Part shown: one piece after another, positions 28,781 through 38,364 of the stretch
Layout of the letters: each line of letters begins with the position of its first letter
Numbering within the stretch: position 1 is the stretch's first letter
Notes under the pieces: generated by a model
What the model was told of the DNA's origin: nothing
What the model saw: only the letters and a program-made list of their open reading frames with translations
Databases searched by the model: none
Program-made: the position numbers and the translations under genes
From: Solirubrobacteraceae bacterium
GTDB lineage: Bacteria; Actinomycetota; Thermoleophilia; Solirubrobacterales; Solirubrobacteraceae
NCBI GenBank assembly: GCA_035504535.1
Contig: DATJRS010000112.1
Coordinates: forward strand, 106,631 to 170,630
Length of the DNA: 64,000 nt
Direction of reading: 5' to 3'

Positions 28781-29245
28781 CTAGGCGACGTCCGCGACCG
28801 CGCCACCGGGGATGGCGGCGATCAGGGCGTCGGTGGCGGCCTCGAACACGGCGTGCGGGGTGCCCGCCGCGCACCACACCGTGTCGAACCGCCGCAGCGA
28901 CCCGTCGATCAGCGTTTCGAGCGGCCGGTCGTGGCCCAGTGGTGGTATCCCGCCGATCGCGAATCCGGTGCCGGCGCGAGCCTCTTCGGCGCTCGCCGCC
29001 CGCAGCCCGAGCCGGTCGGCCGCCACCCGACGGTCGCCGGCGCACAGCACCATCACGGGCTGCCCGTCGCGCATGAACACCAGCGACTTCACGATCTGGC
29101 CTACCTCGCAGCCGACCGCGGCCGCGGCCTCGGGCGCAGTCCGGGTGGACGCCGGCAGCGTCTGCACGGTGACCTCCAGCCCGTGCTCGCGCAACCGGTC
29201 CCGGAGCTTCCCGGCGGTGGGATGAAGGCTAGGTTCGGAGCTCAC
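28781..29245 (-). CDS. YbaK/EbsC family aminoacyl-tRNA deacylase
   Basis: TRTAPEAAAAVGCEVGQIVKSL, GFAIGGIPP, VWCAAGTP. Confidence 0.9.
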   Translation of the reverse strand: MSSEPSLHPTAGKLRDRLREHGLEVTVQTLPASTRTAPEAAAAVGCEVGQIVKSLVFMRDGQPVMVLCAGDRRVAADRLGLRAASAEEARAGTGFAIGGIPPLGHDRPLETLIDGSLRRFDTVWCAAGTPHAVFEAATDALIAAIPGGAVADVA

Positions 29246-29660
29246 CGGGCTCGAGGTCGGGCGGCAACGGGACCTCTTGTGGCGAGGCCCCCTGCTCGTC
29301 GCTCCAGGCCCCGAACGCCTCGCCGTCCCGGCTTTGGTGCTCGTTAGCCGCACCGAACGCGAGCATGACCAAACGACCCGGTCCACGGTTCACCAGCTGG
29401 CGGCGGACCTGCGGCGCCACCCTCATCAGCTCCCCCACGCCAACCTCGGTCGGCTCGCCCTCGAGCACGATCGTGAGGCTTCCCTCGAGCACCAGGTAGA
29501 CCTCCTCCTGCCGGGTGTGGCGATGGATACGCCCGCGCTGCCCGGGCTCGAGCACGATCTGGTTCATCCCGAACGAGCTCACCCCGAGCTGTCGGCGCAG
29601 AGGCAGGAAGCGCTCGCCGACGTCGGGGTTCAGCCGGGTCCTCGCCGTGCCGTCGTCCAT
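29229..29660 (-). CDS. Cupin domain protein
   Basis: HRHTRQEEVYLVLEG cupin motif. Confidence 0.85.
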   Translation of the reverse strand: MDDGTARTRLNPDVGERFLPLRRQLGVSSFGMNQIVLEPGQRGRIHRHTRQEEVYLVLEGSLTIVLEGEPTEVGVGELMRVAPQVRRQLVNRGPGRLVMLAFGAANEHQSRDGEAFGAWSDEQGASPQEVPLPPDLEPGELRT

Positions 29661-30205
29661 CCCAGGGCATCTTCGCAGGTGCGGATCAGGGGCGAGGGCG
29701 ACCCGGTCCCCATGGTCGTCCGCACCACGCTGCCGTTCGTCACCGTGCCGCATCCGGTCAGATCGACGCGGATCGTGAGGCGCTGCCCGCCGGGATAGGT
29801 GAGCAGCGCGACGATCTCCGAACCGTCGTCGTCGGGGCAGTTGATCGGTCCGGCGGGCATGTGCGGAAGGCGATCGAGCTCATCGACGAGTTAGCTCGAG
29901 ACACGCCCGGCGCTCAGCAACCGCGACGCCACCAACTGCAACCCCGGATGCGCGTTCAACCCGGAGTACTGGCACAGCCGGATCGCACCCGGCCCCGCCG
30001 GTGCGAGCGTCGTGCGGGCCGCCGGCCAAGCTGGAACCGAGGGCGACGACTGCCACGCGGGCGCGGTGCTCGCGCACGTAGCGGGGACCGGGACCGTCGC
30101 ACCGGCGGACGGAGACGACGTGGACGTCGCACTACCGCAGCCGCCGAGCATCCATGCCCCCACCAGGAGACAAAACACGAGTAGTGCACGCGAACCCATC
30201 CGCAT
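29630..30205 (-). pseudogene. Cys-patterned lipoprotein interrupted by in-frame TAA (29891-29893)
   Basis: Lipobox LGGC; reading continues in frame past the stop: VSS*LVDELDRLPHMPAGPINCPDDDG...YPGG...LTGC. Confidence 0.65.
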
Positions 30206-30271
30206 CCCTTACCCACTACGGACCGTCCGTCGGTTCCGTCACACCAGCGAGGGCGCGGGCAATCACCAAGC

Positions 30272-31528
30272 GTGTTCGCCCGCGCCCGGTGCCACCACCT
30301 CTGGCTCGTGCTCCCCCTCATCGTCGGGTTGACTGGCTGCGCCGCCGTCCGGCCCTCCGATCCCGCGCCCTTCGCGAGCTGCCCACCCCACGTGCCGGCG
30401 CAGATCCGGCCAACCGCACACGTGGCCCGGCGTCGGGTGAGGATCCCGTCCGATCCGACGGCGGGGCAGCTGTGCCTATACGCCGACCACAAGGTCCACG
30501 AAGCCTCGCTCGCCTGGGTTACGCGCCTGTCGCGACCGCTGGCGCGAACGCTCGTGTCGCTCCTCCAGAGCCGGAGCCCACCCGGGCCCTCCTGCGACGC
30601 CGGCGATCCGGTCCTCGTGCGGCTGCGCTACGCCCGGGCAGCGACCGTCTCGCTGCTGGCCGCCGGCTGCGATCCCGAGCAACTCCTGACGCCGGACGGC
30701 GTCGTCCCGATGTCGGGCACCGCCTCCGTCGCGCTCGCCGACCAGATCGAGGATCCGTTCATCAAGGATCCCGCGCCCCGGACTCCTACGCCCGATTACA
30801 TCGGAATGCCCCTGGCCCGCGCCCCGCGCTCGGCGACGCGCTACGAGGTCATCGACCCGAAGGCTCCCTTCGGGCACGTCGTCTGGCAGATCCCGCTCCC
30901 CGGCATCCCGCAGGACCGCGGCCTCGGCCCGCCAGAGCTCATCATCGCCACCAACCGCGCGCCGCGCTGCAAAACAAACCAGCTCCAAGCGGGCTACCAG
31001 AACGGCGGGAACGCCACCGAGAACCACTTCGGCAACATCGTCGTGCTCGACACCTCGACAGAACCGTGCACGCTCGAGGGACGACTCACGCTGACCGGCG
31101 AAAACGCCCGCGGTAGACCCGACACAGAGACGATCTCCGAAACCGTCGCCCGACCGCTCGTGCTGAGTCGGGCCCTGTCCGCCATAGTCGGCTTCGCCGG
31201 AGGTACGACGGATAACTCCGGCGACGGCGACTGCGGTGGCCACCCGACGATCCCCAGCAGGTGGTCGCTGAGACTCCACAATGGCGCCTCGCTAACGACG
31301 CCCAACGGCGCGCCCGGCGAAGGTGGCTCGTTCTACAGCTGCCGTGGCGAGGTGTCTTTCGGGCTCAGCCCGCCGGCGGCGCCGTCGAGTCGCGCACGAT
31401 CAGCTTGGTCTCGAGTTGGACGTGCAGCGCCTCCATCCGCTGGTTCTGGAGCTGGCGGACGAGCAGGTTCACCGCCATCCGCCCCATCTCCGCGAGCGGC
31501 TGGCGCACGGTGGTCAGCGCCGGCGTGA
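30272..31528 (+). CDS. Secreted lipoprotein with Cys-patterned domain, PASTA-like remnant and DUF4232-like domain
   Basis: Lipobox LTGC; PDYIGM...VVWQIPLPG; CKTNQL..GGNA..PCTLEG; 3' end runs antisense into LacI. Confidence 0.6.
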   Translation: MFARARCHHLWLVLPLIVGLTGCAAVRPSDPAPFASCPPHVPAQIRPTAHVARRRVRIPSDPTAGQLCLYADHKVHEASLAWVTRLSRPLARTLVSLLQSRSPPGPSCDAGDPVLVRLRYARAATVSLLAAGCDPEQLLTPDGVVPMSGTASVALADQIEDPFIKDPAPRTPTPDYIGMPLARAPRSATRYEVIDPKAPFGHVVWQIPLPGIPQDRGLGPPELIIATNRAPRCKTNQLQAGYQNGGNATENHFGNIVVLDTSTEPCTLEGRLTLTGENARGRPDTETISETVARPLVLSRALSAIVGFAGGTTDNSGDGDCGGHPTIPSRWSLRLHNGASLTTPNGAPGEGGSFYSCRGEVSFGLSPPAAPSSRARSAWSRVGRAAPPSAGSGAGGRAGSPPSAPSPRAAGARWSAPA

Positions 31529-32411
31529 CGATCGAGGCCTCGAATGTGTCGTCGAACCCGACCACCGACAAATCACGAGGGATACTCAAGCCGCGCTCCC
31601 GCGCCGCCTGCATGACCCCGATCGCGAGCATGTCGTTGAAGGCGAAGACCGCGGTCGGCGGGTCAGGCAGGTCGAGCAGCGACAGCGCGGCCTCGACCCC
31701 GCCCTCCGCGTGGAAGTTTGACTCGACCACCAGCTCGGGCGATGGCATGACGCCGGCGGCCGCGAGCGCGCCGCGATAGCCGCGCAGTCGCTCCTCCGTG
31801 GCGATCCACCCGCGTGGGCCGGTGATCGCGGCGATCCGCCGGTGCCCGAGCGAGAGCAGGTGCTCGACCGCCTCGCTCGCCCCGAGCGAATGTGCCGCGG
31901 ACACGGTCGGGACGCGTTCGTCGAGTTGCTTCAACGGGTCGGCGATGACGAAGCGGTAGCCGTGGTCGTGTAACGCCGCGAGCTCGTCGGGCGACTCTTC
32001 GGGCAGGATCAGGAGCGCCCCGTCGGTCGTGCCCTGCATGAGCCGCTCGAGCAGCGACACCTCGCGGTCGTGCTCGTGATGGGTCGGGCACAGGACCATG
32101 CGCATGTCCTGCTCGTACAGCGCCTCGCCGGCGCCGTCGAGAATCACCGCGAAGTAGGAGTGGTGAAGCACCGGCGTGGTCACACCGACCAGGCCGGTCC
32201 GTCCCGCCGACAGCCCGCGGGCGGTCCGGTTGGTGCTGTAGCCATGCTCGCGGACGACCCGGAGCACCGCGTCCCGCGCCTTCTCAGACACCTCGGCGCG
32301 ACCATTTATCACCCGCGAGACGGTCGCGGTCGAGACGCCGGCGAGATCGGCGACCTCGCGGATCGTCAGTCGGGTCGAACGGCCATTTTCCGGGCGGGTG
32401 GTGGAACTCAT
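31365..32411 (-). CDS. LacI-family regulator
   Basis: TIREVADLAGVSTATVSR, LSVVGFDD, LTTVRQP. Confidence 0.93.
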   Translation of the reverse strand: MSSTTRPENGRSTRLTIREVADLAGVSTATVSRVINGRAEVSEKARDAVLRVVREHGYSTNRTARGLSAGRTGLVGVTTPVLHHSYFAVILDGAGEALYEQDMRMVLCPTHHEHDREVSLLERLMQGTTDGALLILPEESPDELAALHDHGYRFVIADPLKQLDERVPTVSAAHSLGASEAVEHLLSLGHRRIAAITGPRGWIATEERLRGYRGALAAAGVMPSPELVVESNFHAEGGVEAALSLLDLPDPPTAVFAFNDMLAIGVMQAARERGLSIPRDLSVVGFDDTFEASIVTPALTTVRQPLAEMGRMAVNLLVRQLQNQRMEALHVQLETKLIVRDSTAPPAG

Positions 32412-32430
32412 ACGGGGAATTGAATCACAG

Positions 32431-32537
32431 TTTCTGAAACGTTACGGGCAATGGCATCTCGCTATGCCCGCAACTTACTCAGAAAATTCATGAAAATCAA
32501 CCTTGACAGCCACGAAACTTTCCCGGTACCGTTTTCA
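32431..32537. promoter_or_regulatory. LacI operators and promoter of Opp-type/GH1 operon
   Basis: TGAAACGTTAC at 32435-32445; TTGACA 32503-32508, 18 nt, TACCGT 32527-32532 overlapped by GGTACCGTTTTCA. Confidence 0.6.
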
Positions 32538-32575
32538 CGCCAAGTCCGCCGGAAGAGGAAGAGGGACAGAGCATC

Positions 32576-33559
32576 ATGTGGTTCATCACGCGACGGCTGG
32601 GCTTCTACGCCGTCGCGGCCTGGGTAGCGATCACGATCAACTTCGCGATCCCGCGGGTCATGCCGGGCAACGCGGTCGACACGCTGCTCGCCAAATATCC
32701 GACGCTCGACGCGAACTCGCTCAAGGCGCTCGAGGCCGAGTTCGGGACCCACACCCACGGCAGCCTGATCAGCCAGTACCTCACCTACCTCGGGAACCTC
32801 GCCCACGGGAACCTTGGGACCTCGGTCAATCTGTACCCGGCCAAGGTCACGACCGTGATCGCGCAGACGCTGCCGTGGACGGTGATCCTCGTCGGCACGG
32901 CCACCATCATCAGCTTCGCGGTCGGGACGCTGCTCGGGATCCTCGCCGCCTGGCGCCGCGGCGGCTGGCTCGACCGCGCGCTGCCCGCTTTCACCTTTCT
33001 CCAGGCGACCCCGTACTTCTTTCTCGCGCTGATCGTGATCGAGCTGTTCGCGGTCAGCTGGGGCCTGTTCCCGTTCGGTCAGGGCTACAGCCTCGGCCTC
33101 GCCCCCGGGTGGGACTGGTCGTTCATCTCGAGCGCCGCCTACCACTCCGTCCTGCCCGCGCTCACGATCATCGTGACCTCGATGGCGGGGTGGATGCTGC
33201 AGATGCGCAACGTGATGATCACCACCGTCGGCGAGGACTACGTGCTCGTCGCCCAGGCCAAGGGGCTGTCGCCCCGCCGGGTGATGTTCAGCTACGCGGC
33301 GCGCAACGCGATCCTGCCCAACCTCGCCGGGTTCGCGCTCTCGATCGGGTTCGTGGTCGCCGGCGCACTCGTGATGGAGATCGTGTTCTCCTATCCGGGG
33401 ATCGGGCTGACCCTGTACAACGCGGTCACCTCCGACGACTTCCCGCTGCTGCAGGGGATCTTCCTGGTGATCTCGCTGTCGGTGCTGCTGGCCTGCCTGC
33501 TCGCCGACATCGTCTACTACTTCGCCGACCCGCGCACGCGGACGAGAAGCGCGTTCTGA
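32576..33559 (+). CDS. Opp/Dpp-family ABC permease (OppB-like)
   Basis: NFAIPRVMPG, EDYVLVAQAKG, YAARNAILP, EIVFSYPGIG. Confidence 0.93.
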   Translation: MWFITRRLGFYAVAAWVAITINFAIPRVMPGNAVDTLLAKYPTLDANSLKALEAEFGTHTHGSLISQYLTYLGNLAHGNLGTSVNLYPAKVTTVIAQTLPWTVILVGTATIISFAVGTLLGILAAWRRGGWLDRALPAFTFLQATPYFFLALIVIELFAVSWGLFPFGQGYSLGLAPGWDWSFISSAAYHSVLPALTIIVTSMAGWMLQMRNVMITTVGEDYVLVAQAKGLSPRRVMFSYAARNAILPNLAGFALSIGFVVAGALVMEIVFSYPGIGLTLYNAVTSDDFPLLQGIFLVISLSVLLACLLADIVYYFADPRTRTRSAF

Positions 33560-34488
33560 TGCCCACGCGAGGCCAGGCGCTGAGACGCCTCCCGGGCAAG
33601 GCCAAGGTCGGCGCGGCGATCCTCGCCGTGTTCGTCCTGGTCGCGATCATCGGCCCGACGATCGCTCCCTTCGACCCGTCCGCGACCACCACCGGTCAGG
33701 CGCTCCCGCTCGCCCCCAACGCGACCCACCTGCTCGGCACCACGGCGACCGGCCAGGACGTGCTCTCGCAGCTGCTCGTCGGCACCCGCTCGACGGTCGT
33801 GCTCGGGCTGCTCACCGGGGTGATCGCGACCATCCTGTCGGTCGTGATCGGGATGTCGGCGGGCTTCCTCGGGGGCATGTCCGACGAGGGGCTCTCGCTG
33901 CTGGCCAACGTGTTCCTGGTCCTGCCGGCGCTGCCGCTGTTGGTCGTGATCCTCGGCTACCTGCCGCACTCGGGCGAGCTTCCGACCGCGATCGTCTTGA
34001 GCGCGCTCGGCTGGCCCTGGGGGGCCCGGGTGATCCGCGCCCAGACTCTGTCGCTGCGCAACCGCGACTACGTCGCCGCCGCGCGTGAGTCGGGCGAGCC
34101 GAGCTGGCGGATCATCCTGTTCGAGATTCTTCCCAACGAGATCGGGCTGATCGCCGCGAGCTTCGTGGGGACGGTTCTGTACGCGATCCTGACCTCGGTC
34201 GCGCTCGCGTTCCTCGGCGTGGCCAACCTGTCGCAGTGGAGCTACGGAACCATGCTCTACTGGGCCCAGAACGGCAACGCCGTGCAGCTGAACGCGTGGT
34301 GGTGGTACGCGCCGCCCGGGATCTGCGTCGCACTGCTCGGGATGAGCATGGTCCTGCTCAACTTCGGGTTAGATGAGCTCGGCAACCCCCGCCTGCGGTC
34401 GGCGGGGCGCCTGAAGATCGGGCGCCGCACCTGGCGGCCGTCGGATCCGACGCCGGTGCTCCCCGATACCCAGCGGGAGCCGGCGTGA
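33559..34488 (+). CDS. Opp/Dpp-family ABC permease (OppC-like)
   Basis: HLLGTTATGQD, RDYVAAARESG, WWWYAPPG; ATG overlaps upstream TGA. Confidence 0.93.
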   Translation: MPTRGQALRRLPGKAKVGAAILAVFVLVAIIGPTIAPFDPSATTTGQALPLAPNATHLLGTTATGQDVLSQLLVGTRSTVVLGLLTGVIATILSVVIGMSAGFLGGMSDEGLSLLANVFLVLPALPLLVVILGYLPHSGELPTAIVLSALGWPWGARVIRAQTLSLRNRDYVAAARESGEPSWRIILFEILPNEIGLIAASFVGTVLYAILTSVALAFLGVANLSQWSYGTMLYWAQNGNAVQLNAWWWYAPPGICVALLGMSMVLLNFGLDELGNPRLRSAGRLKIGRRTWRPSDPTPVLPDTQREPA

Positions 34489-36428
34489 GCGCGGTGGTGG
34501 AACCAGGCGCCGACCGGACCGACGAGGCCGCGGCCGACACGCGCAGAGAGCGCAAACAGCCCGTGCTCGACATCCGCAACCTCTCGATCGCGTACCGATC
34601 GCAGTCCGGCGACGTCCGGGCGGTTCGTGACGTGAGCCTTGCCCTGCACCCGGGCGAGATCGTCGGCCTCGCCGGCGAGAGCGGCTGCGGCAAGTCGACG
34701 CTGGCCTACGGATCGATCCGGCTGCTGCGGCCGCCGGCGGTGATCACCGGCGGCAGCGTCACCTACCACGGACGCCGAATTGCAGAACCAGGGATCGACG
34801 TCCTCGCGGCAACCGCCCACCAACTCCGCAAGCTCCGCTGGCGCGAGATCTCGATCGTGTTCCAGAGCGCCATGAACTCGCTGAACCCGGTGATGCGCGT
34901 CTCCGACCAGCTGCTCGACGCGGTCGGCGCCCACCTCCCGCTCACCGACGAGCAGAAACACGCGCGCGCAGTCGAGCTGATCGAGATGGTCGGCATCCCC
35001 CGCGCCCGCCTCACCAGCTACCCGCACGAGCTCTCGGGCGGGATGCGCCAACGCGTGATGATCGCGATGGCGCTCGCGGCCGAGCCCGAGGTGGTGATCA
35101 TGGACGAGCCGACCACCGCGCTCGACGTGGTCGTCCAGCGCGAGATCCTCTCCGAGATCTTCGAGCTCAAGGGCCGGCTCGGGTTCTCGGTCCTGTTCAT
35201 CACCCACGACCTGTCGCTCCTGCTCGAGATCGCCGACCGCGTGGCGATCATGTACGCGGGCCAGATCGTCGAATCGGGCACGCGGCGGCAGATACACCGA
35301 AACGCCGCCCACCCGTACACGCGCGGGTTGCTCACCTCCTTCCCGAAGCTCCGCGGACCGCGGCTGAAGCTGTCCGGGATCCCGGGCTCGCCCCCCGACC
35401 TGCGCGAAAAGCTCACGGGATGCCCGTTCATCCCGCGCTGCGGCTTCGCCACCGACGCGTGCGCCACCGTCGACATGACGCTCGCTCCGATCGAGCCGGA
35501 GCCCGATCACTTCACCGCGTGCCCGTTCGTGATCGCCGCGAACACGGCACCGGCGGCCCCGGCGAAGTCTGAGGAGCGAACCACGACGACCGGGACCGTC
35601 GTGCTCGAGGCCGTCGACCTGGAGAAGCGATTTCGCCTCGGCCGCGGCCGCAAGGCAACGGACGTCGCCGCCGTCAATCACGTCGCGCTAAAGCTTCGAA
35701 AAGGGACCGTGACCGCGCTGGTCGGAGAGAGCGGTTCGGGCAAGACCACGGTGGCGCGGGTGCTGGCCGGCCAGGAGGGTCGCTCAGGCGGGCAGATCCT
35801 GCTCGACGGCCAGCCGATCGAGCCGGCGAGCAAGCGCGGCTTCCGGGCCTACAAGGGCGTGGTTCAGATGGTCTTCCAGGACCCGTTCGCCTCGCTCAAC
35901 CCGCTCCACACGGTCAGCTACCACCTCACTCGCGCGCTGCGACTCCACCAGAGCAACGAAGAACAGAATCCGAGCACACAGCAGCTCGACCAGCTGCTCG
36001 AGCGGGTCCGCCTCACCCCCGCCGCTCACTTCCGCGACGCCTATCCGCACGAGCTGTCGGGCGGCCAGCGCCAGCGCGTCGCGATCGCGCGGGCGCTGGC
36101 GGCGTCGCCGCGGGTGCTGCTCGCCGACGAGCCGGTGTCGATGCTCGACGTCTCGATCCGGCTCGAGATGCTCGACCTGATCGATCAGCTGCGCCGGAAC
36201 CTCGATCTCGCCGTCCTCTACATCACCCACGACATCGCCTCCGCGCGCTACTTCGCGGACGAGATCCTCGTGATGTACGCCGGCGAGATCGTCGAGCGGG
36301 GCCCCGCCGAGCTCCTCACGCAGGCGCCGAGCCACGAATACACGCGGCTGCTGATCGCGTCGGCGCCCGACCCCGACGCCTTTGGTCGCCAGTTGCCGGC
36401 CCGAAGAGAGGACCGCGCCATGAGGTGA
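34485..36428 (+). CDS. Fused OppD/OppF double-domain ABC ATPase
   Basis: GESGCGKS and GESGSGKT; two YPHELSGG; HPYT..GCPF..RC oligo-HPY region. Confidence 0.93.
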   Translation: MSAVVEPGADRTDEAAADTRRERKQPVLDIRNLSIAYRSQSGDVRAVRDVSLALHPGEIVGLAGESGCGKSTLAYGSIRLLRPPAVITGGSVTYHGRRIAEPGIDVLAATAHQLRKLRWREISIVFQSAMNSLNPVMRVSDQLLDAVGAHLPLTDEQKHARAVELIEMVGIPRARLTSYPHELSGGMRQRVMIAMALAAEPEVVIMDEPTTALDVVVQREILSEIFELKGRLGFSVLFITHDLSLLLEIADRVAIMYAGQIVESGTRRQIHRNAAHPYTRGLLTSFPKLRGPRLKLSGIPGSPPDLREKLTGCPFIPRCGFATDACATVDMTLAPIEPEPDHFTACPFVIAANTAPAAPAKSEERTTTTGTVVLEAVDLEKRFRLGRGRKATDVAAVNHVALKLRKGTVTALVGESGSGKTTVARVLAGQEGRSGGQILLDGQPIEPASKRGFRAYKGVVQMVFQDPFASLNPLHTVSYHLTRALRLHQSNEEQNPSTQQLDQLLERVRLTPAAHFRDAYPHELSGGQRQRVAIARALAASPRVLLADEPVSMLDVSIRLEMLDLIDQLRRNLDLAVLYITHDIASARYFADEILVMYAGEIVERGPAELLTQAPSHEYTRLLIASAPDPDAFGRQLPARREDRAMR

Positions 36429-36431
36429 TCA

Positions 36432-36550
36432 GGCGCGGGCGCTTAAAGCCCGCGCCCCCGGCCTCACCCGGGGGCACGTGACTTGTCTACATACGCGACA
36501 CGCCCTGGCCAGAACCAGGGACGTGAATGTCTACATACGCGACATGGCTC
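36432..36550. repeat. Stem-loop plus 17-nt direct repeat doublet upstream of SBP gene
   Basis: GGCGCGGGC...GCCCGCGCC hairpin; TGTCTACATACGCGACA at 36484-36500 and 36528-36544. Confidence 0.65.
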
Positions 36551-36578
36551 TTTTATCAGAGAGAAGGTGTACTCCTCG

Positions 36579-38270
36579 ATGAAACGATGGATCAAGCAAC
36601 GTAGTTGGCTCGCGGTGTGCGCGGCGCTCGGCGCCGCGGCACTCCTCTCGGCCTGCGGCGGCAGCTCGCACAAGGGCACGACGCAGAACGCCGCGGCCGT
36701 GACGAGCGGCGGCGGCTCCTCCGTGCTCACGGTCGAGTCGAGCCAGCAGAACGCGATCACTCAGAACTTCAACCCGTTCATCCAGTCCTCCGCGGCCACG
36801 CTGCTCGGGGCGACGTCGCTCGTGTACGAGCCGCTGCTCCAGGCCAACGCGATCAAGCCCGGTCAGTACTACGACTGGCTCGCCACCGGATACAGCTGGT
36901 CGAACGGCGGCAAGACGATCACCTTCACGATCCGCCCCGGGGTGAAATGGTCAAACGGCACGCCGCTGACCGCGGCCGACGTCGCCTTCACCTACAACAT
37001 GTTCAAGCAGTACCCCGACGTGAACAACTCGGGGCTTGCGATCCAGAGCGCGAGCTCGAGCGGCAACCAGGCGACGCTCAACTTCGCCACGCCGCAGTAC
37101 GCCAACCTCCAGAACATCGCCGCCCAGACGTACATCGTCCCGGCCGCGATTTGGAGCAAGGTCGGCGATCCCGGTAAGTACACCGACCCGACCCCGGTCG
37201 GCACCGGCCCGTACACGGTCTCGCAGTTCACCGGGCAGGGGATCACGCTGAAGGCGAATCCCACCTACTGGGGCGGCACGCCGGCGGTGTCCGAGGTCCA
37301 GTTCCCGACCTACGCGTCGGCCAACACCGCGCTGGCGGCGCTGCAGACCGATCAGCTGCACTGGGCGGGCAACTTCATCCCAGGCGTCAACCAGGTGTTC
37401 GAGGCCGGCCACTCCGATCACCAGGTGTGGTTCCCGCCGGTCCAGACCAACAGCCTGGAGCCGAACCTGAACAAGTTCCCGACCAACCAGCTCGCGGTGC
37501 GCAAGGCGATCAGCCTGGCGATCGATCGGACCGCGATCAGCCAGCAGGCCGAAGGCGGACTCGAGCCGCCGGTCTCAAACGCCAGCGGGTTGACGCTGCC
37601 GATCTTCCAGCAGTTCCTGTCGCCCTCGGTGGCGAACTCGACCCTGCCGGCGCATTCGGATATCGCCGCCGCCAAACAGGTGCTCGAGCAGGCGGGCTAC
37701 GTGATGGGATCAGACGGCTTCTTCCACACCAAGTCCGGACAGGAGCTGTCACTCGACATCACGAACCCGTCTTCGTTCGCCGACTACGCGACCGGCGACC
37801 AGATGGTGGCCGGCTGGCTGCGAAAGGCGGGCATCAACGCCACGTTCGTCGGCCAGTCGGTGACCGCGTGGTCCTCGGATGTGGCCACCGGGAACTTCCA
37901 GCTCACCGCGCACTGGTCGCAGACGAGCGTCTCGCCCTACCAGCTGTACAACGACTGGCTGAACAGCGCCCAGGCGACGAACAACGCGGCCGGCGACTTC
38001 GAGCGGCTGAAGGATCCGGCCGTCGACGCCGACCTGGCCAAGCTCGCGGCCGACAACACGGTGGCGGCGCAGCAGACCGACCTGGCTCCGATCGAGCAGT
38101 ACGTGGCCCAGAACCTGCCGATCATCCCCACGGTCTACGGCGTGGTGTTCGACGAGTACAACACCGGCAAGTTCACCGGATGGCCGACGGCGGGCAACCC
38201 GTATGAGTCGGGAAGCCCAAACACGCCAACCAACGAGGTCGTGATCCTGAAGCTGCGACCCGTGAGCTGA
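36579..38270 (+). CDS. Family 5 substrate-binding lipoprotein (probable oligosaccharide-binding)
   Basis: Lipobox LSAC; NFNPF, YEPL, KWSNGTPLTAADV, PVGTGPY, FTGWPT. Confidence 0.92.
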   Translation: MKRWIKQRSWLAVCAALGAAALLSACGGSSHKGTTQNAAAVTSGGGSSVLTVESSQQNAITQNFNPFIQSSAATLLGATSLVYEPLLQANAIKPGQYYDWLATGYSWSNGGKTITFTIRPGVKWSNGTPLTAADVAFTYNMFKQYPDVNNSGLAIQSASSSGNQATLNFATPQYANLQNIAAQTYIVPAAIWSKVGDPGKYTDPTPVGTGPYTVSQFTGQGITLKANPTYWGGTPAVSEVQFPTYASANTALAALQTDQLHWAGNFIPGVNQVFEAGHSDHQVWFPPVQTNSLEPNLNKFPTNQLAVRKAISLAIDRTAISQQAEGGLEPPVSNASGLTLPIFQQFLSPSVANSTLPAHSDIAAAKQVLEQAGYVMGSDGFFHTKSGQELSLDITNPSSFADYATGDQMVAGWLRKAGINATFVGQSVTAWSSDVATGNFQLTAHWSQTSVSPYQLYNDWLNSAQATNNAAGDFERLKDPAVDADLAKLAADNTVAAQQTDLAPIEQYVAQNLPIIPTVYGVVFDEYNTGKFTGWPTAGNPYESGSPNTPTNEVVILKLRPVS

Positions 38271-38281
38271 CGCCCCCAAGC

Positions 38282-38333
38282 GCGCGCCCGCTTCCCGTCC
38301 CTCCTCTCAACGCGGGAGGCGGGCGCGTCGTTT
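38282..38333 (+). terminator. Stem-loop after SBP gene
   Basis: CGCGCCCGCTTCCCG...CGGGAGGCGGGCGCG followed by TTT. Confidence 0.55.
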
Positions 38334-38364
38334 ACGCGAATTCGAAACTGAGCAAGGAGAAGAC

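Noticed and set aside
32503-34488. 661-aa ORF suggesting OppB-OppC fusion
   Set aside because: The first 352 codons are an off-frame shadow of oppB; oppC starts at 33559
36484-36544. Possible mini CRISPR array
   Set aside because: Only two 17-nt repeats, self-folding spacer, no cas genes in the window
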